The notes under the pieces: generated by a model
The model's database searches: none
What the model was told of the DNA's origin: nothing
Seen by the model: only the letters and a program-made list of their open reading frames with translations
In this document: positions 1 to 8,321 of the stretch, piece after piece
Layout: each line of letters begins with the position of its first letter
Position numbering within the stretch: the stretch's first letter is position 1
Source of the DNA: Candidatus Methylomirabilis sp.
GTDB taxonomy: Bacteria; Methylomirabilota; Methylomirabilia; Methylomirabilales; Methylomirabilaceae
Length of the DNA: 26,361 bases
Assembly: GCA_041498975.1 (NCBI GenBank)
Contig: JBGQJI010000021.1
Span: forward strand, 1 to 26,361
Direction: 5' to 3'
Translations under genes and position numbers: made by a program

Positions 1-315
1 CCTGTGGTCTATCAGTCGAGAGGGCGACGCGATCCGTTCCGGCAGCCTCGATTGGAAACGGCACAAAAACAGCCAACGGTGAATCTCAAACTCACGGGTA
101 TTGTCTGGGGCCCCCGCTCCTACTATGCCTTGGTCGAGTCGGAGTCGCCACCAGGATTGGGGTATGTCATCCGGGAAAACGACGTCGTAGACTCGGCAAA
201 AGTCCTTAAGATCACTAAGGACAACGTGATCTTTGAGGTGAAAACGAAGTCTGCGCAAGGCAAGCCGATCGTTCGCTATGTCCAGAAGCAGATCCGGCCG
301 GCAGAATTGAGATGA
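1..315 (+). CDS. pilP: Type IV pilus assembly protein PilP (5' truncated by window)
   Basis: Frame open from base 1. RDPF motif, then LKLTGIVW..YALVE...GYVIRENDVV..KVLKITKDNV, typical of the PilP beta domain. Stop overlaps the pilQ start (ATGA). Confidence 0.85.
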   Translation, partial: PVVYQSRGRRDPFRQPRLETAQKQPTVNLKLTGIVWGPRSYYALVESESPPGLGYVIRENDVVDSAKVLKITKDNVIFEVKTKSAQGKPIVRYVQKQIRPAELR

Positions 316-3300
316 AACGGACAAGAGCTGCAATATCGGCACGAGAGCGTTGGATCGGAGCGATGCTTCTGCTGTTATCCTCTGCGGCGTGCGCGGCCGA
401 TCGTCCAAGACCGGTAGAAAGCTTCAAGGAATCCTCGATGGTTCCTTCCGCCTCCATCCTTGGCGAGCGCCTCCGTCCTGACCACGTGGAGAAGAGTGGG
501 GAGATGGGCTCATCGCTTGTGGCGACCGCCACACCTGCGGTCGCGCAGGCGGCCCGGTTGGTCGAGGTGACCGACGTCCAGATCCAGGGATCGGGGGGCG
601 CCGGAGCAGCCATCCTCGTTACGGCAGATGCCCCGCTCTCAGACTACGAGTCGTTCGCGCTGCCCGACCCGCCGCGCCTGGTCATCGACCTCCCCCAGGC
701 CCGCCACGCGATCCCCCAGCCGGTCGCCCTGCCCGCCGGCTCGCCGATCCTGAGGGTCCGGACCACGCAGTACCGCGAGCGCCCGGTCCCGATCGTGCGC
801 CTGGTCTTCGATCTCGCCCGGTTGCTGCCATACCGGCTGGAACTGACTGGCAACCAGTTGCAGATCCTGGTAAGCGAAGAAGTGTCAGAGGGGACAGCGA
901 CTCCACAGGCGTTGGAGCGGGATGAGAAGGCGGGCAAGGCAGGGGAGCCCGCGGACGCTCAAAAGCCGCCAGAGCCTGCCGGTGTCACTCAAGTGGCACC
1001 GGCGGTCGGCGAAATCGCCATCCGGTCCGAGCAGCCTGTGGCTTCATCTGCTGGACAAGAGGGCGAGAAGCCCGCTGGCCAAGAAGGAGAAAAGAAGGAG
1101 GAGACAAAGCCGCTGGAAATGCCCCAAGCGGCAGCGGAGAAGACGGCCCCAGGCGCTGTGGGGCCGCCGGCTCAACCAAGCCAAATCGAGAAGCAGGAGC
1201 TACCAGGGACGCCCACGCAGATGGCGGAAAGGGCAGGGCCGGAGCCTGTGAAGGCTCCTGCCACACCTGCGGCAGCCCAGAAAGCTTCTGTAGTCGGGGT
1301 CACCGGTGTCCAGGTCGAGGCAGGGGCTGCCGGAGCGAGGATTCTCGTCACGGCGGATGGCCTGATCTCCGACTACGAGTCGTTTGCGCTGCCCGACCCG
1401 CCCCGCCTGGTGATCGACCTTCCCCACGCCCGGCACGCTATCCGCCAACCGGTCGCCTTGCCTGCCGGCTCGCCGATCCTGAAGGTCCGGACCACGCAGT
1501 ACCGCGAGGGCCCGGTACCGATCGTCCGCCTGGTCTTCGATCTCAGAACAGCGCTGCCATTCAGGACCGAAAGGATCGACAGCGGCTTGCAGATCATCCT
1601 CGGCGATGCACGCCCAGAGCCAGTCCTGCCCCCCGCGGTCGCGAAAGGACCCCAGAAAGAGGAGGCACCGAAGGTGCAGCCACCGGTTCCACGGAAGCCC
1701 TCGGCCTCTGCGATCACGAAGCAGCAAAGGCTAGAGCCCAAACGGGCACCGTCGAAAGAGGCGTCCAGGCTCGCTGAAATCCCTCCCCCATCTCCGTCTC
1801 CACAGGAACAGGTTCCACCGACGACCGTTGCCCCGACGAAAGTCCCTGTCGGCAATAACCGGATGTCATTGGACTTTAAAGGTGCGGATCTTGATGATCT
1901 CTTGCGTTTGATCTCTGAGGTCAGCGGTTTGAACATCGTCGCGGCCCACGGACTGAAGGATCGAAAAGACAGAGATGTCACCATCCGCCTCATAAATGTT
2001 GAGTGGCGTCAGGCCCTCGATGTCATCCTTCGCGCCAAGAACCTGAGTTATGAACAGGACGGAAATTTGATCTATGTGGGCTCCAAGTCCGATATTCAAA
2101 AGGCGAAGGAGGAGAGGACGAAGGATATAGAGGGAGCGGAACTGAAGAAACAGAAAATCGAGCAAGAGGCAAAACTCAAGGAATTACGAATAGAAGAAGA
2201 AAAGCTGAAGATCGAGGAGGCACAGAGAAAAGCTGTTGAGGAGGCACAGGGAACAGCTACTGAGGAAGAGATGAGGCGGTTAGAGGAACCCCGACTCGCG
2301 AAGCTCCCCCTGCTATCTTTGGACGTGAAAAACCGTGATCTTGATGAGCTATTGCGCTATATCGCTAAGATTAGTGCGTTAAACATCGTCGCTGCCCACA
2401 ATCTGAAGGATGCTAAGGTCACCATTCGCTTGGTCAACGTTGAATGGCGTCAGGCCCTCGATCTCATCCTCCGGACCAAGGGACTGAGTTATGAACAGGA
2501 CGGAAATGTGATCTATGTCGGCTCAAAATCTGAGATCCAGAAAGCCAAAGAGGAACGGGCGAAGGATATTGAGCAGGCAGCGCTCAAAGGCCTGCGAATA
2601 GAGGAAGAAAAGCGAAAGGCCGAGGAGGCGCGCCGAAGGGCCGAGGAGGCGCGGAAAAAAGCTGAAGAAGAGGAGCGGCGGTACGCAGAGGAGCCCCAGT
2701 GTACGAAATTGATCCAGTTGGCGCATACGAAAGCCTCAGAAGTCAAGAAACACTTAGACCCGCTCAAGACACGGCGCGGAAGTGTCGAGATAGACGAACG
2801 GACCAATACCATCATCGTAAACGATGTTCAGTCCGTGTGCCTCAAGATGGCGGCGATTGCGAAAGATCTCGATGCCCCACCGAAAGATCCCTTCGTCACC
2901 AAGTTGATTCCGTTCAACTACGCGAAGGCGGCAGACCTTAAGATCAATTTGGCCGCGTTGAAGAGCCCGCAGGGTACCGTCGTTGTCGATGAGCGATCGA
3001 GTCGGGTGATCATTAAGGATCTGCCGCCTGTTGTCGAGAGAATGGAGATGTTGCTCAAGCAGATCGACATCCCGACACCTCAGGTCCTGATCGAGGCGCG
3101 GATCGTCGAGGCATCCCGCAATTTTTCTCAGAGCCTTGGTATCCAATGGGGTGGGACGGGGGTCGCCACGACTCCTGGGCGTCGCACAGGGGTGACGGCC
3201 TTCGGTGGAAACGCTTCGTCGATTCAATTCCCCAACCCGACGGCGTCCACCCCCGCGCCCGCATTTTTTGATCCTGCGAATCCCATCCCGTTCCTGGGAC

Positions 3301-3911
3301 CCGTCCCGCTAGCCCTGAATCTCCCGGCCATCGCCTCGGGCGCCAGCCCATTTCTCCTTGGGGCGACAATCGGCAGCCTTGCGAACCGTTACCTTATCGG
3401 GCTTCAACTGTCCGCGGCGGAACGTGAGGGGAGGATCAGGACCTTGTCATCTCCGAAGGTGGCGACGCAGGATAACGAAGAGGCGGAGATCAAGCAAGGG
3501 ACCCAGGTTCCGTTCACGACCATTGATAGCTCGGGGAGGACGGTCGTCTCTTTTCAAGATGCGTTCATCAAACTCAAGGTCAAGCCCCACATCACACCGG
3601 ATGGACGGGTCTCGATGAAGGTGGAGGCCGAGCGTTCATTTGCCGGAGACCGGATCGACTTCTCCGGCGGGTTCGCGTTCCCCATCAACACACGAAAGGC
3701 CACGACCAACATCCTGGTCCAGAATGGATCGACGGTCGTCATCGGCGGGCTCCTCCAATCGACCGAGCAGATCGCCGAGGATCGTGTCCCCGTCATGGGT
3801 CGAATCCCGATCTTGAGTTGGCTCTTCAAGCGCCAGTCGCTCGGGCCGGACGAACGAGTCGAGCTCCTGATCTTCTTGACACCATCCGTTCTCCAGGAAT
3901 CGCGGTTGTAA
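312..3911 (+). CDS. pilQ: Type IV pilus secretin PilQ, 1199 aa (signal peptide, 2x AMIN, 2x N0/STN+coiled coil, 2x NolW-like N domain, secretin domain)
   Basis: AMIN motifs (DPPRLVIDLP, VRLVFDL), N0 motif (SLDFKGADL..LLRLI...LNIV..VTIRL.NV.W.QALD.IL), and C-terminal secretin (PQVLIEARIVE, LSSPKV, TVVIGGL, VPVMGRIPILSWLFK, ELLIFLTP). Follows pilP. Confidence 0.95.
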   Translation: MKRTRAAISARERWIGAMLLLLSSAACAADRPRPVESFKESSMVPSASILGERLRPDHVEKSGEMGSSLVATATPAVAQAARLVEVTDVQIQGSGGAGAAILVTADAPLSDYESFALPDPPRLVIDLPQARHAIPQPVALPAGSPILRVRTTQYRERPVPIVRLVFDLARLLPYRLELTGNQLQILVSEEVSEGTATPQALERDEKAGKAGEPADAQKPPEPAGVTQVAPAVGEIAIRSEQPVASSAGQEGEKPAGQEGEKKEETKPLEMPQAAAEKTAPGAVGPPAQPSQIEKQELPGTPTQMAERAGPEPVKAPATPAAAQKASVVGVTGVQVEAGAAGARILVTADGLISDYESFALPDPPRLVIDLPHARHAIRQPVALPAGSPILKVRTTQYREGPVPIVRLVFDLRTALPFRTERIDSGLQIILGDARPEPVLPPAVAKGPQKEEAPKVQPPVPRKPSASAITKQQRLEPKRAPSKEASRLAEIPPPSPSPQEQVPPTTVAPTKVPVGNNRMSLDFKGADLDDLLRLISEVSGLNIVAAHGLKDRKDRDVTIRLINVEWRQALDVILRAKNLSYEQDGNLIYVGSKSDIQKAKEERTKDIEGAELKKQKIEQEAKLKELRIEEEKLKIEEAQRKAVEEAQGTATEEEMRRLEEPRLAKLPLLSLDVKNRDLDELLRYIAKISALNIVAAHNLKDAKVTIRLVNVEWRQALDLILRTKGLSYEQDGNVIYVGSKSEIQKAKEERAKDIEQAALKGLRIEEEKRKAEEARRRAEEARKKAEEEERRYAEEPQCTKLIQLAHTKASEVKKHLDPLKTRRGSVEIDERTNTIIVNDVQSVCLKMAAIAKDLDAPPKDPFVTKLIPFNYAKAADLKINLAALKSPQGTVVVDERSSRVIIKDLPPVVERMEMLLKQIDIPTPQVLIEARIVEASRNFSQSLGIQWGGTGVATTPGRRTGVTAFGGNASSIQFPNPTASTPAPAFFDPANPIPFLGPVPLALNLPAIASGASPFLLGATIGSLANRYLIGLQLSAAEREGRIRTLSSPKVATQDNEEAEIKQGTQVPFTTIDSSGRTVVSFQDAFIKLKVKPHITPDGRVSMKVEAERSFAGDRIDFSGGFAFPINTRKATTNILVQNGSTVVIGGLLQSTEQIAEDRVPVMGRIPILSWLFKRQSLGPDERVELLIFLTPSVLQESRL
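642..1544 (+). repeat. Intragenic direct repeat: AMIN domain cores 642-815 and 1371-1544
   Basis: Two ungapped 174-nt copies 729 bp apart. Manual count: 15 nt differences (11 synonymous), 54/58 aa identical. Confidence 0.95.
1050..1097 (+). repeat. Imperfect 24-bp tandem repeat (AGQEGEKP/AGQEGEKK) in the PilQ linker
   Basis: gctggacaagagggcgagaagccc followed by gctggccaagaaggagaaaagaag. Confidence 0.75.
1863..2697 (+). repeat. Intragenic tandem duplication of N0/STN domain plus charged coiled coil (1863-2312 and 2313-~2697)
   Basis: VTIRLINVEWRQALDVILRAKNLSYEQDGNLIYVGSKSDIQKAKEERTKDIE vs VTIRLVNVEWRQALDLILRTKGLSYEQDGNVIYVGSKSEIQKAKEERAKDIE. Identical 24-mer ctgagttatgaacaggacggaaat at 2043 and 2484. 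Confidence 0.93.
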
Positions 3912-3984
3912 CACACGAATGGACTCTTTATCGGGTGGTAAGAGCTAGCTACTTCATGGCGTGGGTCATATTGGAGGAGGCAAG

Positions 3985-4758
3985 ATGAATTGCCCGCAGT
4001 CGCCACTGAAGAATTTCCTCCTTGCTTTCACTATGGGAGGAGCCTTGCTAATATGGTCTGGAGCGCAAGGTGCCGAGGAGAAACAGGATTCATCAGAACA
4101 GTACAAGGGCATCCGAGAGGCGACGTTAAGAGACATCGCTCTCGGAACCCCTGATGACCTCTTGAGGTTGCGAGAGGCGTTTGAAAAGCGCGGACAGGAG
4201 ATTGCGAGATTAAGACTCGCGATTCCCTCGGAGAAGGAGGAAGAGTTCGCAGAAAAGCAAAAAAAGCTGAAGGAGTTCAGAGACCGGCTGGCAGAGTCAC
4301 AGGCGCTTCTTCAGCTCCTCGATAGTTCAAGCGGGGAAGTCAGCAGGAAACAGCTCAACCAGGTCTATGCGAAAGAGCGCGAACAGCTTCGAAAGGACCT
4401 GTCTAGTCGTACTGATGAATTGAAGCGACGCATTGCCGACCTTGAGAAAGAAATCGGTTCGGGCCAAGTCCAATCCCTTAAGAGCCTTGAAGAAGAAAGG
4501 AAAGCGCTCGCTCGACTCATCGCGGTGCGTAGGGAATGGCTTCTTGCAGAATATCAGAGCCTCTCCGGTTGTTCGACTGAGGATCGTTCATGCTTTGCGC
4601 GGAAGCTCAGGATCCTTTGCAAGCTGAGCCCGCTTTTTCCCAGCGCCTCTCGTGCACCGATTATCACCTTGCTTCAAGATGTGAGTAATCAGCTTCAGCT
4701 CGGAGGCGGAACAACCTCTTCGCTCTGTGAGTATCTAAGCCATGACTTCGGATCATAG
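3985..4758 (+). CDS. Hypothetical secreted coiled-coil protein (257 aa) with a 4-Cys C-terminal region
   Basis: Strong SD GGAGGAGG (3973-3980) before ATG 3985. Signal-peptide-like N-terminus (KNFLLAFTMGGALLIWSGAQGA) and a long E/K/R/L-rich helical region. No family recognised. Confidence 0.8.
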   Translation: MNCPQSPLKNFLLAFTMGGALLIWSGAQGAEEKQDSSEQYKGIREATLRDIALGTPDDLLRLREAFEKRGQEIARLRLAIPSEKEEEFAEKQKKLKEFRDRLAESQALLQLLDSSSGEVSRKQLNQVYAKEREQLRKDLSSRTDELKRRIADLEKEIGSGQVQSLKSLEEERKALARLIAVRREWLLAEYQSLSGCSTEDRSCFARKLRILCKLSPLFPSASRAPIITLLQDVSNQLQLGGGTTSSLCEYLSHDFGS

Positions 4759-4798
4759 GTGGCTCTGTAATCTCAAACCGAACTGAACTGGTAAAGCC

Positions 4799-5689
4799 AT
4801 GAATGCCAGGCTCTCGAATGTGTTGGATAAAAGCGTTACAAAGGACGTGCTATTCCGTGCCGCACTGACGGTGCTTGTCTTTGCGATTCCGACAACGGCG
4901 AAGGCGGAATACCTCATTTATCTGAAGGGTGGACATTACATTGTTGTTGATAATTGCACCTTCTTGAGCCGTCAGGATGCCGGAGAGAGTGCTGAAGGCG
5001 AGAAGGAGTCTGCCCCGATAAAAGATTGCACAGAAGGCAGGCCAGAGGGACACATTTATTGGAGCACCATCGACGGCAAGTTCGGTGAAGTCAATGCAAA
5101 TGATGTGTATGCCATTTTTGGATCTAAAACCTTAACGCAGAAAAGAACACTTCCCAGTCAAAAGCCTCTGGAGGATTATCTGATTACTACCCGCGAGGAG
5201 AGCTCCGTGAACGCCAAAACTGTCGAGCAAAAAGAAGACGCAATATATGGATTCAAACGCGACGAACTCGCCAAGATCAATCGGCGAAGTGTGACGGATA
5301 TTGCACCAGAAGGCGCTGCAAAAAGCCGATCCGGTGAGGGCCTTTGCGCCGGTGAACCGGCCGAATTCTCGGTAACCGAGACCGAGCCGCTTGACGCCCG
5401 TTTTGGCGGCATTGTCACAAACCAATCACAGGCACCTTGGAGGCCAGAATTTTACGTCGAGGTGCGAGAAAAAGGGAAGTTCAAGGGGAAGTTTCTGGTC
5501 GCCCAAATAGATGTGCTGTCCCCCGGCGATTTTACGTCATTTGATGAGGCAGTGCCATCCCGGCTTGTTGACTATATTAATCGTGCCAGGGAGCCAGAGG
5601 CCAGCGTTCAGATCTGCTATCGAAAGGTGAAGACGGGGGCTGCGCGGCCAGGTGCGGCGCAACCCCCCTCAGTCCAACCCACAAGGTAA
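4799..5689 (+). CDS. Hypothetical secreted protein (~296 aa); C-terminal region resembles FxLYD-type Ig-like domains
   Basis: Hydrophobic stretch ending AKA|EY. C-terminal pattern GIVTNQS...VEVREKG...LSPGDFTSF. Four Cys. Start codon uncertain (no clear SD). Confidence 0.75.
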   Translation: MNARLSNVLDKSVTKDVLFRAALTVLVFAIPTTAKAEYLIYLKGGHYIVVDNCTFLSRQDAGESAEGEKESAPIKDCTEGRPEGHIYWSTIDGKFGEVNANDVYAIFGSKTLTQKRTLPSQKPLEDYLITTREESSVNAKTVEQKEDAIYGFKRDELAKINRRSVTDIAPEGAAKSRSGEGLCAGEPAEFSVTETEPLDARFGGIVTNQSQAPWRPEFYVEVREKGKFKGKFLVAQIDVLSPGDFTSFDEAVPSRLVDYINRAREPEASVQICYRKVKTGAARPGAAQPPSVQPTR

Positions 5690-5743
5690 ACTTAGTTCAC
5701 GTCGCTCTTTCCGCAAGCCAGTTGCCGTCTCCTCCCCCCCGAT

Positions 5744-5772
5744 GCGCACCGTAGGTGCGTTTTTTCTTTTTT
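5744..5772 (+). terminator. Rho-independent terminator ending the pil/hypothetical transcription unit
   Basis: gcgcacc-gta-ggtgcgt stem-loop followed by tttttctttttt. Confidence 0.75.
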
Positions 5773-5816
5773 CCCTCTGGGAGTTAGGGTAGAATCCAAC
5801 GCGAGAAGGAGATTCT

Positions 5817-6641
5817 GTGGCTGCACCATCGACATCCGCTTCCAGGGCCAACCGGGTCATGATCGTTCTTGCTGTATCAGTCCTGGGTTTCTGGCTTCTC
5901 TCACCGTACGTCCTGTCCGCCGACAACAGCCCGATGATCCTGTCGCTGGGCGATGATTCCTATATCACTTGGTCGGAAGTGGAGGCGCGGACCGGCGCGG
6001 CCGTCAGACGGGAGCTCGGGGAGGATCCACTTACCGGCTACTCGGTGCTGATCTTGTCGAACATCAATTACGCGAGCCTGCCGGAGGCGGTGCGTGACGG
6101 GCTTCGCGAGTACCTCGGGCGCGGCGGTTCAGTGCTGGTCACCGGCGGCAAGCAATCCTTCGGCAGTGGGGGATATGCCGGCACGGAGCTGGCGGACCTT
6201 CTGCCGCTCCGCCCGTCGCGGGATGACTGGCTACCTCACCCGTTCGGGCCGACCCTCATCCTGCAGCCCGGCCATCCGATCCTTGCCGGGATCGAGGTCC
6301 CGACCATGGCCTTTTTCAACGAGCTCGACCTGAATAGCGGCGCTGTTGAGATCGGTCAGTACCGCAAGGCGAGCAAAGCAGGCATTGTGGGCGGGAAAGA
6401 CCCCGGCGGTGGAGAAGTCCAAGGGGGGGGACGTCGCCCGATGCCGCTTATCGCGGAGGGGCGTGTTGGCGACGGGACCATCCTGGCGGTCGCACTCGAC
6501 ATGACGCTCACCGGGGACTGGAAGAACCGGGATCGCTTCGCCCAGAACTGCGTTGACTATCTGCTCAAACGGTCGCGAATCGAGCCACCCGAGAAACACG
6601 GCGACCTGCATCGCGGAGTGAGGACATGTTGCGCTACCTGA
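5817..6641 (+). CDS. Exported or membrane-anchored GATase1-like (DUF1355-type) domain protein
   Basis: Motif [11 protein letters not shown]....L......[31 protein letters not shown]-terminal hydrophobic segment. SD AAGGAG before GTG. 16-bp overlap with aroC. Confidence 0.75.
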   Translation: MAAPSTSASRANRVMIVLAVSVLGFWLLSPYVLSADNSPMILSLGDDSYITWSEVEARTGAAVRRELGEDPLTGYSVLILSNINYASLPEAVRDGLREYLGRGGSVLVTGGKQSFGSGGYAGTELADLLPLRPSRDDWLPHPFGPTLILQPGHPILAGIEVPTMAFFNELDLNSGAVEIGQYRKASKAGIVGGKDPGGGEVQGGGRRPMPLIAEGRVGDGTILAVALDMTLTGDWKNRDRFAQNCVDYLLKRSRIEPPEKHGDLHRGVRTCCAT

Positions 6642-7789
6642 CCGCGGGCGAATCCCACGGACCGACTCTGACGGCGATCCTGGAAGGGATTCCTGCCAAT
6701 CTCCCGCTTGCAGCCGAGGAGATCAATCTGGATCTGGCCCGGAGGCAGCGGGGATATGGGCGCGGTGGCAGGATGCGAATCGAGAAGGACGAGGCCAACA
6801 TCGTTGGCGGCGTTCGCCACGGGTTGACCATGGGCGGCCCCATCGCGATCTTGATCGCCAACCGCGATTGGGAAAACTGGAAACTCACTATGGACCCCAA
6901 GGCCACGGGCAGGGAGGCAGACCCGAAGGAGCCCGTCACGCGTCCGAGGCCGGGCCACGCCGATCTGGCGGGGGCCCTGAAATACTCGCAGACCGATATC
7001 CGCAATGTGTTGGAGCGGGCCAGCGCCAGGGAGACGGCGGCCCGTGTGGCCGTCGGCGCCGTCTGCAAGCGGTTGCTCCGCGAGTTCGGCATCGAGGTCC
7101 TCAGTCACGTCACCGCGATCGGCGGCATCGACGCGAAGATCGAGGGCCTCTCCTTCGCGGAGATCCGCGAGCGCGCCGAGGCCTCCGAGGTGCGGTGCGC
7201 GGACCCCAAGGCCGGCGAAGCCATGATGCGGAAGATCGATGAGGCCAGAAAGCGGGGCACGAGCCTCGGAGGGGTATTCGAGGTGGTGGCGCGCGATCTC
7301 CCGGTGGGCCTGGGCAGTTGTGTCCACTGGGACCGCAAACTCGATGGCCGGCTTGCGCAGGCGGTGATGAGCATTCAGGCGATCAAGGGCGTAGAGATCG
7401 GCCTGGGGTTCGAAGGCGCCAGGAAGTTCGGCTTCGAGACACACGATGAGATCTTTTACGAGGATGGGCGCTTCGTGCGGATGACCAATCGGGCCGGGGG
7501 GTTGGAGGGCGGGATGTCGAATGGGGAGCCGATCGTCGTCCGGGGAGCGATGAAGCCGATTGCCACGCAGTACGCCCCGATGGCCTCCGTGGACCTCCAC
7601 ACGAAAGAGCCGTTCAAGGCGAGCATCGAGCGATCGGATATCTGCTCCGTCCCGGCCGCCGGGGTGATCGGAGAGGCTGTGGTGGCCTTCGAGATCGCCC
7701 GGGCATTCCGGGAAAAGTTCGGGGGGGACAGCCTGGAGGAGACACGGCGGAACTACGAGGGGTATCTCGCATCGCTTCGAGAACGGTAA
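6626..7789 (+). CDS. aroC: Chorismate synthase
   Basis: [47 protein letters not shown] signatures. Confidence 0.98.
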   Translation: MLRYLTAGESHGPTLTAILEGIPANLPLAAEEINLDLARRQRGYGRGGRMRIEKDEANIVGGVRHGLTMGGPIAILIANRDWENWKLTMDPKATGREADPKEPVTRPRPGHADLAGALKYSQTDIRNVLERASARETAARVAVGAVCKRLLREFGIEVLSHVTAIGGIDAKIEGLSFAEIRERAEASEVRCADPKAGEAMMRKIDEARKRGTSLGGVFEVVARDLPVGLGSCVHWDRKLDGRLAQAVMSIQAIKGVEIGLGFEGARKFGFETHDEIFYEDGRFVRMTNRAGGLEGGMSNGEPIVVRGAMKPIATQYAPMASVDLHTKEPFKASIERSDICSVPAAGVIGEAVVAFEIARAFREKFGGDSLEETRRNYEGYLASLRER

Positions 7790-7790
7790 C

Positions 7791-8321
7791 ATGAAGATCG
7801 TCCTGACAGGATTCATGGGAACCGGGAAGAGCGTGGTGGGATCTCGTCTGGCTGAACGTCTCGGCCTCTCCTTCATTGACCTGGACCACGCAATAGAGCA
7901 GGCTGCAGGAATGACGATCCCCGAGATTTTTGCCTCAGAGGGCGAATCCGGCTTCAGGCGGAGGGAACGAGAACTGATCGGCGGCCTCGCAGCTCATCGA
8001 GACTGTGTGATCGCCACCGGCGGCGGTGCGGTGCTCGACCCCGAGAATGTCCGGAATCTCAAAAGCGGGGCGGTGATCGTGTGTCTGTGGGCCGAGCCCC
8101 CCGTCATCCTTGAGCGGATCGGCGCCGATGCTCATCGTCCACTCTTACAGGCTCCGAACCGGCTCACCCGCATCCAGGAGTTGCTCGAGCAGCGGGCCAA
8201 CGCCTATGCAGAGGCGGACCTTTCCGTTGAGACGAGCAACTCCGATGTGGAAGAGATCGTCGACCGGATCGTGCAGCATTTCCGCCTGGAACCGGTCGGG
8301 ACAAGCGGTACAGGGCGATGA
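7791..8321 (+). CDS. aroK: Shikimate kinase
   Basis: GFMGTGKS P-loop, DLD, GE..FR..E, ATGGG, RPLL. Confidence 0.97.
   Translation: MKIVLTGFMGTGKSVVGSRLAERLGLSFIDLDHAIEQAAGMTIPEIFASEGESGFRRRERELIGGLAAHRDCVIATGGGAVLDPENVRNLKSGAVIVCLWAEPPVILERIGADAHRPLLQAPNRLTRIQELLEQRANAYAEADLSVETSNSDVEEIVDRIVQHFRLEPVGTSGTGR

Noticed and set aside
5767..5795. Promoter for the GATase-like/aro genes (TAGAAT at 5790-5795)
   Set aside because: Good -10, but no credible -35 or extended -10; not enough to call.
3912..5816. Lower-GC segment as a mobile element or prophage
   Set aside because: No integrase, transposase, tRNA target or flanking direct repeats seen.
6557..7876. 439-aa minus-strand ORF
   Set aside because: Antisense shadow of aroC, typical of GC-rich codon bias; no recognisable motifs.
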